From assembly GCA_020536535.1 (NCBI GenBank), contig JAHLWZ010000671.1, forward strand, positions 1 to 59,991: a stretch of 59,991 bases of DNA, read 5' to 3'. Below, piece by piece: positions 23,935 to 34,298 of this stretch; within the stretch, counting starts at the first letter, position 1, and every line of letters begins with the position of its first letter. Under the pieces are notes generated by a model. It searched no databases. It saw only the letters and a program-made list of their open reading frames with translations, and was not told the DNA's origin. This stretch comes from Pelomyxa schiedti. Taxonomy: Eukaryota > Protista > Evosea. Made by a program: the position numbers and the translations under genes.

Positions 23935-25306
23935 TCAACCCTTTTCGTATCTCCAAGGGTGCTGATTCAACCTTGCTCTGAGTTGTGACTTTACTTCTGG
24001 TCCGGCACATATGAATTCAATAGAGTCTAGTGCCCAAGTCCACGCCGTGTGATGCTGCTGGTGCTTGGTTGTTATTGCTGTTGTGCCTCTTTTTGGTTCT
24101 GTGAGTGCCTCAGCGGTGATTCGGTATAACTTGCTCAGTTTGAATCCCAGAAGGCCAACATTGTCACAGCACAGAATGAAGGGATGGCCTGTGGAATTCC
24201 ACTCAGCAACCGGATGGTGCACCCTGACAACATCCGCAATGGCGCTGCGGTTTCCGCACTCGCCTGTGACGAGAGTGTTTGTAGTTGCTTGTGTCATTGG
24301 GGATTCCGCTGATACTGTTGTTGCTGGTGCTGGAGGAATGTGACCATCGCGGCGCATTACGTTGAGGTTGGAGGAAAGGCAACATTCTATTGGGATGCGG
24401 CGGTCGAGGACGCACCGCTTGATGTGGGGAGGCATCAGGACGGCGTGCCCGAGCCTGGCTGGGTGGCAGTTAAGCAGTGACTCCAGGTCAGTCTCGCCAA
24501 TGGTCTCGGCAAAGTGGCACACAAAAGATAGGCCCGACTGCTGCGCGAACGCGATGGCGTCGGCGAATTGTGGGTTGAATGGGTGTTGGTTGGGGTGGAG
24601 CCCGCAAAAGTCAATGGCAACAACTCCTCTTTCTTTAAGCATGACGGCGTTCCTCACACAAGTCCATGCTGCTTCAGGGGTGCCGTCTCTCTTGATGCTC
24701 ACAATGAGCCTGGAAACGAGTGAAGGCCTGCAGTGGAAACACGGCAGAAAAACGCGGTATGAGTCAGATACTTATGTGGGGAGGGTAAACGAGCTCACTG
24801 AATTGCATAAAACTCGTGCATTGAATTCAACACACATTCCAGCTTTTCAAGAGATTCCCCGCCTGTGCGAAGTTCTACATACATGATCCCGTCATCAACG
24901 CAATCCTCCAAGTACTCCATAACGATCCTCCTGGTGTTTTGCTTGATGAGTGTGAATGTGCTGATTCAAACACAAACAAGGAATCATTCACCGTCTGCAT
25001 TTGTCTGTCTCCACTATCCACAGCACTTTTCACAATAGCAAACCCATGATACTCACTGCATTCTAAAGGGACACCATCACAGCACAATGGGATAGCAACC
25101 TAATAAATTCAGTCACCATCCATAAATAACAAACCCAATTCCCAAGCACACACAGCCTGTGCCCTGGCCACGGCAGCGTCTCGTCCCATAATTGGGGTTA
25201 GCAGATCCGCAACCGTGGTTATCCGCACTGACCCACCCAAGTGGGCGTGGAGTTCGACCTTGGGCAACGTACTCCACCCGCCATCTACATCCTCACCACT
25301 ACACAT
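23935..25306 (-). CDS. ADAL: Adenosine deaminase-like protein (ADAL/N6-methyl-AMP deaminase type)
   Basis: LPKVELHAHLGGS, VVAIDFCG, HFAE, RLGHAV, IECCLSSN, HPFILCCDNVG: the amidohydrolase metal-ligand set with ADAL-style spacing. The final exon is uncertain. Confidence 0.8.
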
Positions 25307-25650
25307 TGGTTTCGCGGAAATCGGATTCCCGCAGAACTCAGACGTTCTCAACTTCATCCATTCGTCCGCATACAATATCCTTCCAGACCAAAGGAATTAA
25401 AAAAAATTCCACTTTTTCTTTTGTGAGCAAGGGCGCGCAATGGAGCCGTATGGTGGAGCCCACCTGGCAGACAACGTGGTTTTATCTGTCTTCTAAGAAA
25501 GAAAACTGTAAAGCCAAGCTGGCTGGCGTGGGATCCCCAACTACTCAAAAGCGTCCCTCAGAGCACGTGAACCTAGATGTGCCACTTTTTTTTTTCAGCA
25601 AAGACTGTGCCCCAGTGGTACTTGTGGGATATCTCAGATAGAAACTCTCC

Positions 25651-27767
25651 TTGAGTCTCGACAGCGTTGTTGTGACTTTGAGGACGGCAACAGGGGTATC
25701 TTGGTGGAGTCGGCCTATTGTGCAGCATATTCACTGCGAACCAGCCTCTTGGCTTGTGAATCCATGTGCGTGGCCAAATCCTTGCAATGTAACCCTTGAA
25801 GGAGTTTATGACACTGTGAGTACTTCAATATTTATTTTCCTCGCCAATGATTTCCTCAAGGGTACATAGCAGTAATCAATTTGAGGGGGAGCTACCAGCA
25901 AGCTCGAGAAATCTAACGACAATATGTAATTTGTGAGTTTTTGGATGTGAAATAACTACACCAAGAAAACTGGATGGAAACCAGTTCACCGGATCGATTC
26001 CAAGCTGGCTTGTTAATACAGATACATTATTTACCTTGTGTGGTAGTCTTTCTGCTACTACCATTGGTAATTTTTATTTTTGTAGTGACGGATTCGACAA
26101 CCAGTTTTCGGGGGCTTTGCCTGATGTTTATCGCTATACGGTCCAACTTCAAACCCTGTTTGCCATCATCTTTTTTCAAAAACCTAGTGATTTCTTCAAG
26201 TATCCTCGGAAAGAACAATCTTACTAGCTCTATACCGTCAACCCTATCACAGTTAACACAACTGAGGAACCTGGATTTGCAGTTGAATAATCTCAACGGT
26301 TCGATTCCCGAACAAATTACATCTATCCCCTCATTGGGCACATTGTAAAACGTTTCTCAGTAATTCCCGTCAGGTTCATTCATTTCAGGATCTTGGACAG
26401 CAATGAATTAGCAGGATCTCTTCTGCATACCATTAATTTTCATCTCCTGTCAATATGGTTTGAATGCTCTCAGTAATTCAGGCTCCTCAAACAATTTTCC
26501 ACCAACCTTTATTTGCGCAGGAAACTTTCCCAAAATAAACTGAACGGAACATAGGTTCTCCCTACGAAGCAAGCTATAGGATTTGTAAGTGAAAAATTGG
26601 AATAAATCCATTTTTGACCGTTTGGTAGTAATGCCGAGTTTAATCTGTTTATGGGTTCGACTGGAGTGATATTTGTGATACCGTCTCTTCTTGGAGTGAA
26701 TCATTCTCACTGTCACTTTAGTCATCAACATCCTTATCTCTTTTGAGTTCAACTTCACTGTCGCTATCTGACTCCTATTCGACATCTCAGTCACTTTCTT
26801 CATCCGCTTCCCTATCTGAGATTACTCCGATTCAACCTCTCCATCTCTCATTCGACCTCTGTATCCCAGTCCACATCTACATCCCACTCCAAATCATCAT
26901 CTCACTCCGTTTCCATGTCCCAGTCAGAATCCTTCCACATCACATTCCACATCTTGGTCTTTATCCACTTCAGGTTCCAAGTCTGTCTCCAATTCAATTT
27001 CAGTTCCAGTTCCACGGTCTTCATCTCATTCCAGCTCTGTATCAAATTCCAAGTCCCTGTCTAGTTCCACTTCACTCTCCGTACCAAAATCGTGTGTAGA
27101 GCAAGCCTTTAACCACATCAAAAAGTGCCATAATGAGCACACAGAGTGCCAAGACATACCCAGCTACTTCGGCAAGACATTGCTCGATCTCTCAGCATAC
27201 CCACCACCGACGTCTCCATCGTCGCAATTCGCACGTACCCGCTGGACTGAGGCATTCAGCGAATGGAATGAGGTCAAAGAAGGAACTAGAGCAGACAGCT
27301 TGATAACGATGTTCAACGTAACCACAACCGTGTCATACATCATAGACACAACGAGACACAACGAGACACAACGGATTACCACTCAGCAGACGACCTCGTC
27401 GACGCCATGGGCACTCTCCCCTTCCCCCTCTCCAAGGGGTTCTGTTATTCTCCTACTTTACTTTGTTCCTGAGCCTGGGTGATGGTGACGTAACATCTAC
27501 TGTGACTTGGTGGATATCCTCCACAGGATCCCTCTCACAGCTCTTGAGGGATATAACATTCAACGTTCTGGTAACGAAAAATAGGTGACGAGCCACATTG
27601 ATCCTGATTCGCTTGTTGTAGTTTCATTTGGCTCTGGCTCTGAATCTTGGTTGTATTCCTCCTCGGAAGGTACAGACACTAGTGTGAGCAGAGGCCATAT
27701 CCAGAAGCCCCTCATCATTTGTGTGTTGCACATTTTTGGTTTTTCCTTCGCCATGTTCTATGTGTAA
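25651..27767 (+). pseudogene. Decayed LRR + Ser-rich stalk + C-terminal hydrophobic tail surface-protein gene
   Basis: Plant-type LRRs (LDGNQFTGSIPSWL; LGKNNLTSSIPSTLSQLTQLRNLDLQLNNLNGSIPEQI). In-exon TAG at 26552 (LSQNKLNGT*) and at ~26718. The SxSxS stalk jumps between three frames (~26820, ~26935), with further shifts near 27480 and 27583. Confidence 0.65.
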
Positions 27768-27838
27768 AAAAAAAAGAAATGTGAATCGTGCAAGATACAG
27801 TGTTTCTTTTATTTCTTCTAAGGAACTTTTACGTTGCC

Positions 27839-30800
27839 TTAGTTAGAAGAATTGCTAGAAGAATTGCTTGTGCTAGTGTTAGTGTTAGTGTGTCTGCTAC
27901 TGCTAGTACTACTGTTGCTATCGCTGTTACTGTTGCTGTTGCTGTTGCTGTCGCTGTCGCTGTCGCTATATCTGGTGCTGTCACTTTTGCTACTACTATG
28001 TCTACTTGTGCTGCTAGATTTCTTTTTCCCATGTACTTTCTTCTTTTTGTGCCTTGTGTGGTTCTCTGAGCTTGTATTTGTGTGGCTTCTACTTCTCCGT
28101 TTATTACTATGACTGTCTGTATCAGTGCTTTCTGTGCGATTGTTGATTTTCTTTTTTTGCCTTGTTTGATGTGCTTTCTTAGTTTGGTGACGGTGATGGT
28201 GATGCCGGTGATGGTGTCTGTGTCTATGTCTGCTGTTTTTGGTTTCCTCCTTCAGTGTATCTGCTATTCCACCAAGCTCATTGACAATCGCATGGAACTC
28301 CGGTCTCTCAGCGGAATTCTGTGCCCAGCACTTTTGTATGAGTTCCTGGATACCAGGTGGACACGGCTGCTGGAAGTCGTCAAAGCTGGGCCGTTCACCG
28401 GCTCTCACTTTTCCAGGTACATCCCAAGTTTCAACGTGACCCCAGGGTTCCTGGTGGGCCCACATCTCCCATAGACACAAAGAGAAACTGTATACATCAA
28501 CCTTAAGTACGAGTTAAGATAAGCACAATTGAAGCTCGATCTCGTACCTTGTTGTTGTAAACCCAAGGTGGGGCGAACAGTTCTGGTGCCTGCCTTAAAT
28601 TAGTGGACAAATGAAACGCATACACCCTACCATGAAAAGGCAAGTGCCCAACTTCTTAGTGTAGGCCAGAGTGAGACCTGTTTTCTTAGGTTAACAAAAG
28701 GTCCGATAATCAGGGATGCAGTTAACCTGGGTTGTCTACATTACGTGCCGTATCAAAGTCTTCAAAATACATAGTTATGAAAAGCAAAACGTTTTTATAA
28801 AAACCTGTTAATTTGCACCCAACTGTAGTTTCGTCCAGCGAATCCGAGACAACCAGTACATTGGAGCACTTCAAGTCACGATAAAGAATGTTGTTGTCAT
28901 GCAGGTATGCCATTGCCTCACCAATTTCAGAGCCGTATTTAATCAAAAGCAAATCTTCGATAAAGGGGTTATATCTCAGGAGTCTACTTAGACTTCCCAA
29001 CGGGACCCACTCAGTCAGGATGCAAAATTTCACTGAAGGAAATATTAGATAAATAACAAATTCGAGGAAGAACACACATGGGAGGTGAGAGGCCCCAACG
29101 AACTGAATAATGCAAGGATGATGAAGTTGGCTCATCAACTTACATTCTTTTTCAAAACTTGCAATCTCTTCTTTGTCAAAAGTCTCCTGGCGAAGAAGCG
29201 CTTTCATTGCAATTTCCCTGCCTTTATATGTACCTTTGTACACATATCTTTCAGTTTAATGTTAATATTTTCACACACATAATTATGGCCTACCCAAAAC
29301 CACCACTTGCTACTGGTTCTGGCTCAACTTCAATATCATCAGGATTAATCCAAGGTGAAAGTACGCCTTCCAGAGCTAGATAAATGTATGCAGTGGCCAA
29401 GATTCCTTCTCCGTCGTTGGCACCATTCCTTATGATTTCGAGTTTCACAGGATGGCAGATATTTGTAGTCATTCGTAAAACACATTCCACATTGACAGTC
29501 ACTGACCTCCTTGCTGGAATCTTGCCGACACCAGGCCGTATGGAGCAAGTTAAAATGTATTGATCATCAGGGACAACAAACTGGTATGCAATGGAGGATG
29601 AGGACTTGTTCCAGAGAGTTAATTTGTCTCTAAGAGTTTCCTTTTGTACCGGAGCGCTATTACCTTCGATCCCAAAATCAAGATTGAACTTATCCAGCTG
29701 TATTCCAACTTCATCAAGAATTGGGCTATTTTTCTCCTCACATTCTTTGGCATTCTGCCCACACTTCTCCTCAATCTCCTCTTCAGTCATTATAAGTGGC
29801 ATGGTCAAAGCTGGAGTCTCTCGTAGTTCTCGTATCCTTTTTTTCTGCTTCTGAATATAGACATACAACATAAAGCCTGCGCCCATCAAAATGATGATTC
29901 CAACAAGTGCTGCAATAAGAATACTAAAAATAAGTGTTCCCTTGGGGATGGGGTTCTTCTTTGTCGAGTACGTCATAATGAAGCCACGCCAGGTGTTATT
30001 TGGACCACTACCTAACTCAACAAAAGCACTTTTTCCTGCTACTTCCACTACCTTATTATCATTGAGTGATGTGACAAGAGCCATGTCAATGCCATTTGTG
30101 TCGATTGAGTACACGTTTATATAATCTGGTGGTAGCACATATGTGTTTGTGAAGTTCAAAGTAATTGTGTCATAAGAGCCCTCTGGCTTGATCAACCACC
30201 TGCATATTATTTTTCGGAGGTAATACATAGATTCCACTTTGCCATCTGGTGGGGTATCACTCCATATGGTTGCGCTACTGTCTGTGATGTTGACAATACC
30301 AGGGCAGCCGCGGGAACAGTCATACCAAAAGAATGCAGTATTGCAGACACATTTCCCATTAATGCAAGAACCTCGGTTTTCCTCCGCTCCGCATCTGTTG
30401 CTTGTATTTGAGCCACAGGTTACATTTGTATACCCACAGAGGCTCCAGTCTTTCACAACAATCTAGCAAAAGTAACTGAAAAAGAAAATATGCCGATGAT
30501 AACTTACTGCTCCTTGAAGGTACACAAAGGAAGTCGTTGGGTTGTAAATACTTATTACATAAGTCCCAGGCGGATAGTATCCAGGAAGAAGACTTGTACC
30601 ATTGAGAGCAAAAGCCGCATCAGGATCAGTAGAGTTGAGGGCTTGATCTGACCAGTGAAGGAAGTACCGTCCCTCAATGACAACGGTGTTGTGACTTGTA
30701 CGAACATAAAGTACATTCAATATGGAATTACTTTCATGAACCTGAGGTCTGAAGACATGTGAATTGAGGCAAGGAGCTGAAAAAACTTCATACGGAATGT

Positions 30801-31732
30801 AGTAAGAGACTTTGAGGGGGTCACCAGGGCACAATGCCTTAGGGTAAGAGAACATAATTTCGCACGTAGTTCCAGTCCAAGGGGGTTGACATATACAAGT
30901 GCCGTGTGCGCTGTCACAGTACCCGTGAGTGGGTTCACAGTAAGCAGAGCAGCCTGGTTTCGTGCATTGCCAGGGGATGGCGAATGAGACTGATTCAAAT
31001 GCAGACACATCACCAAATGAATCGCACGAGATAGCAATCTGGAACGACAAGGAAATCACATCGGTTTGCGCGCAGGATACAGTGGCATTGAAATAGTTTG
31101 GCTGCATTTGCAGTGTCCCTTGCGAAGGTAACCCCTTCACTGACACAACAGTCCCGACCGCCGTACTAGCAGTGTACGTGGAGCCAGATACTCCCAGCCT
31201 CGGGATAAAGTCGGCAACATATTCACAGCTGTAACTTCCTCTAGAGCCACGTAAGGGAAAAAAAAATGGGTGACGGTTCAAGTTGGGTTGAATCATGATG
31301 GATATGAAACAAGAGAAAAGAAATGAGGAAGAGAGTGTGCGCGGAATAGCAGAGGTCCAACAATTACATATTAGGTATAGGCATTGTTAAATGGGAAGTG
31401 GGACGAAACGAGTCGTTGAAGGGAGACCCAGCAGGGGGCACCCACTGCCACAGCAGCTGGGCCGTCGGATACGCCGGGTCGACAAACACCGGCTGCCTCG
31501 CGCCCTGCAGGGTGTCCGCGAACCCGCTCTGCGCCGCGCCCCCGCACACTATCGCCTGGCACGGCCGCACCGCCGTCGTGTTGGGCAGAAATCGGCCGTG
31601 GGCGAACACGCTGAGCCCGGGCCCGCAGGCCGCGATCGCGGGCGTGCAGTCCCAGTTGGAGGCCGACGACGAGAGGGCCGAGAAAGTGAACGAAAAGAGA
31701 GCGAACGTCGCCGCCACTACAAACGCCCTCAT
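27839..31732 (-). CDS. Single-pass receptor kinase: signal peptide, Cys-rich/EGF-like domains, CUB domain, TM helix, juxtamembrane beta-sandwich, TKL kinase, His/Arg/Ser-rich tail
   Basis: Signal MRAFVVAATFALFSFTFSALSSS. EGF-like CEPTHGYCDSAHGTCICQPPWTGTTCE and GSCINGKCVCNTAFFWYDCS. CUB CPGIVN..YLRKIICRWLI..GFIMTY. TM ILIAALVGIIILMGAGFMLYVYI. Kinase VASGGFGYVYKG, IAMK, YRDLKCSN, DFD, GTCLFMAPE, DVYSF. Confidence 0.88.
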
Positions 31733-32140
31733 GTCGGAAGACGGAGACGCGCGATGCGACTTTGTGTGTGGTTGTTGCCCGCACTTCGGGTTTTTTTTTT
31801 TTTTTATCCACTCTTCCCCCGGCGCAGGCTTCTTCCTTTTTTCTCGACGAAATCTGGTTTTGGCCCCGGCGCTCTTTTGAACAAACGAACCTTTCATCCA
31901 TGAATGCATAGGGCCGAAAAGAATTACGGGATTGGAGCTTTTGTCACATTCTTACAAAGCACAGTGGATCACTGGACTTCCGTGTACGTCGGGGGATGTC
32001 AGGTTTCCCTTCCGTTGCACCCTCTTTCCCCCTAGTTATTGTCCCGGTCTCATCACCACTCCCTCCCTAGGTATCTTACTTACCTGGGGATCGGCATTCT
32101 TGCCCCAAGTTAGAGCCAAACAGAAAACCAACCCGACAAA

Positions 32141-32450
32141 ATGGCGGCTACCAACCCTGCTGCTTCTGAAACGACACATAGGCAGCAGCCCCACAGGGTC
32201 CTCGTATGGGCGCCCTCCGACTTCAGCAGCGACGTCGCGGCCGTCGTTTCGGCGCTGCCCGACGCCGGCTGGCTCGTCGTCACCTGCCCCTCCGCCGAGT
32301 CCGCCTACGAGGCGGCCGTCCTCCAAGTCGAGGCCGCCGCCGCAGCCGCCGTCTCCTCCGCCTCTTCCTCCTCCCGCCGCCAGCAGCCGGCCGAGTCCCG
32401 GCCTCAGCCCCACTTCGACTCGGGCGTCGTCCCGTCCCCCAGCACCGGCA

Positions 32451-32482
<32 letters not shown>

Positions 32483-33477
32483 GCGGTGGTGCTCCTGGCG
32501 TGCCGCGCCTACACCGCGGTCGCGGCGGCGTCGGGGATCGGGCAGGGGCGGCGGCAGGCGTACGAGCGGCAGGTCGTGGTGCTGGTGGTGGAGCCCGACC
32601 CCGGGGCCAAGCTGGCCACCCACGAGCAGTGCGCGTGGTTCTACTCCAAGTGGTGGTGCCTGCTGCCCGGCGCAGCCGAGCTGTCCTTGTGCCTGCTCCA
32701 CGCGGGAGACAATGGCAACAGTGCAACTTCTGTTTGCGCTTCTTCTGCTGCTTCTGTTGATGCTACTACTGTTGTTACTTCAGGTGCTTCTTCTATTGCT
32801 ACAACTGGTGCTTCTGCTTCTGCTTCTGCTTCTGCTTCTGCTTCGGCTTCTAATAGCGCGACGAGTGGTCCTGCAATCCACGAAGTGCCTGTAATGAAGA
32901 AAAAGGGGCCTTGTGTTGTCGTCATTACGGGATGCAGCCACAGTGGAAAATCGACTGTGGCTCGTAGGTTATTTCAGCAGTATCCTAGAGCAAAACTTCT
33001 TCAGCAGGACAAGTTCTTTGATAGGTTTTACATTTCACGGGAGCTAGAAAACAATTGGGACCTCCCTGATGCGTTGAACCACATCGAGTTAAGGACTGCA
33101 CTACTCACAGCCATTAACTCCGGAGAGTATGATATAATAATTTTGGAAGGTATTTCTTTCTATCTCGCCAAAGCACGATGCTAACCAAATCAAAAGGATT
33201 CATGGCATTCTTTGACCCAGTCGTGGCCTCTGTGTGCCATGCCAGAATATTCCTTGATCTCGACGTGGCTGTAGCAGCAGATAGAAGGCACAGGACCCAG
33301 TGGATGCCAATAAGTTACTATAAAGACACAGTGTGGACTAACCACTTGGATTACTGCAACCACATCAGCCGCTTGTTCACTGCAATGAATATTTCCTTTG
33401 ACTTGGTTCAAGATGCAAGAGCCTCGCCTGATGTTGTGTTCCAAGCTGTTAATTCCGTTGTCCAGAAGCACATGTAA
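32141..33477 (+). CDS. Nicotinamide riboside kinase/uridine kinase-like P-loop kinase with ~250-aa N-terminal extension
   Basis: VVVITGCSHSGKST (Walker A), QQDKFF, NWDLPDAL, IILEG, IFLDL..AADRR, YYKDTVW. One intron near 33150-33190; TAA at 33477. Confidence 0.82.
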
Positions 33478-33603
33478 ATTTTGCAAAAAAAAATAAAAGA
33501 AAAAGAAATATGTCAAAATGTTCCCATTAGTAGGGTATCTTTGTTTATGCTTTTAGCCAGCCTAAAACAGTACAGTGGTGGAAAGTGTTGGGTAACAAGC
33601 AGG

Positions 33604-34220
33604 ATGGTGGGAACTGTTGGAAGAGTTGTAGTTGTATCTCTTGTGTCTATACTATTTGGGTTTGTTGTGGGAGGAAATGAGCCGGAGTGTTGTGATGGTG
33701 GCATACAAGTCTACAACCTCATCAAGGATACACTGAGCAACAAGTTCTATAGGTACATTGTGAAATAGCATAGCAATAGCACGTACTGAAACAAAACATA
33801 TAGGCACGTGATATACACTGGGGAAATGCAACTGACACTGATGAAGCTGAATCCAAATGAGGACATTCCTACCGAAGTTCACGACGACTCGGACCAGCTC
33901 GTAATTGTGGGACAAGGTGGCGTCAATGTAGAGTTTTTTGGGGACGAAGCACAAGAGGGCTCATGGTTGTCTCTCGGTGGCGCCGTGGTAATTCCCGCGC
34001 ACACGTGCCACAGGTTTGTAATTATGGGATGGCGGGCGTAATGGTGGGCAGACCATCAATAACTACGTCAATCAGGGTCTGCGCTGGGGACCAGGGAGCC
34101 AAATTGTTCGTTGTGTACTCAACTCCTCAACACCAGTGTGATCTTGTGCAAGAAAGCAAGCCCGACGAGGAAAATGACAGTACGTGCAACAGTGACAACG
34201 CCAACAATCCACAACCATGA
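33604..34220 (+). CDS. Cupin (mannose-6-phosphate-isomerase-like small cupin) with N-terminal signal peptide/anchor
   Basis: Spliced protein MVGTVGRVVVVSLVSILFGFVVGG..DTLSNKFYRHVIYTGEMQLTLMKLNPNEDIPTEVHDDSDQ..AVVIPAHTCHRV..KLFVVYSTPQH. Two GT-AG introns preserve frame. Confidence 0.8.
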
Positions 34221-34298
34221 TGATGACAATATCAAGTGCTAAGAACTTACGATAAAAAGAACAAAAAACAAAAATTTTTGGTTTTCGTGTCATTCATA

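Noticed and set aside
27829-28112. Microsatellite-like GCT/GTT/AGT runs as a separate repeat element or membrane-protein ORF
   Set aside because: They encode the Ser/Asn/His/Arg-rich tail of the receptor kinase. The poly-Leu and poly-Val ORFs on the plus strand are antisense artefacts.
31390-32710. GC-rich islands as bacterial contamination or chimeric assembly
   Set aside because: They are in frame with, and spliced to, AT-rich eukaryotic exons, and they encode signal peptides or low-complexity N-termini of those genes.
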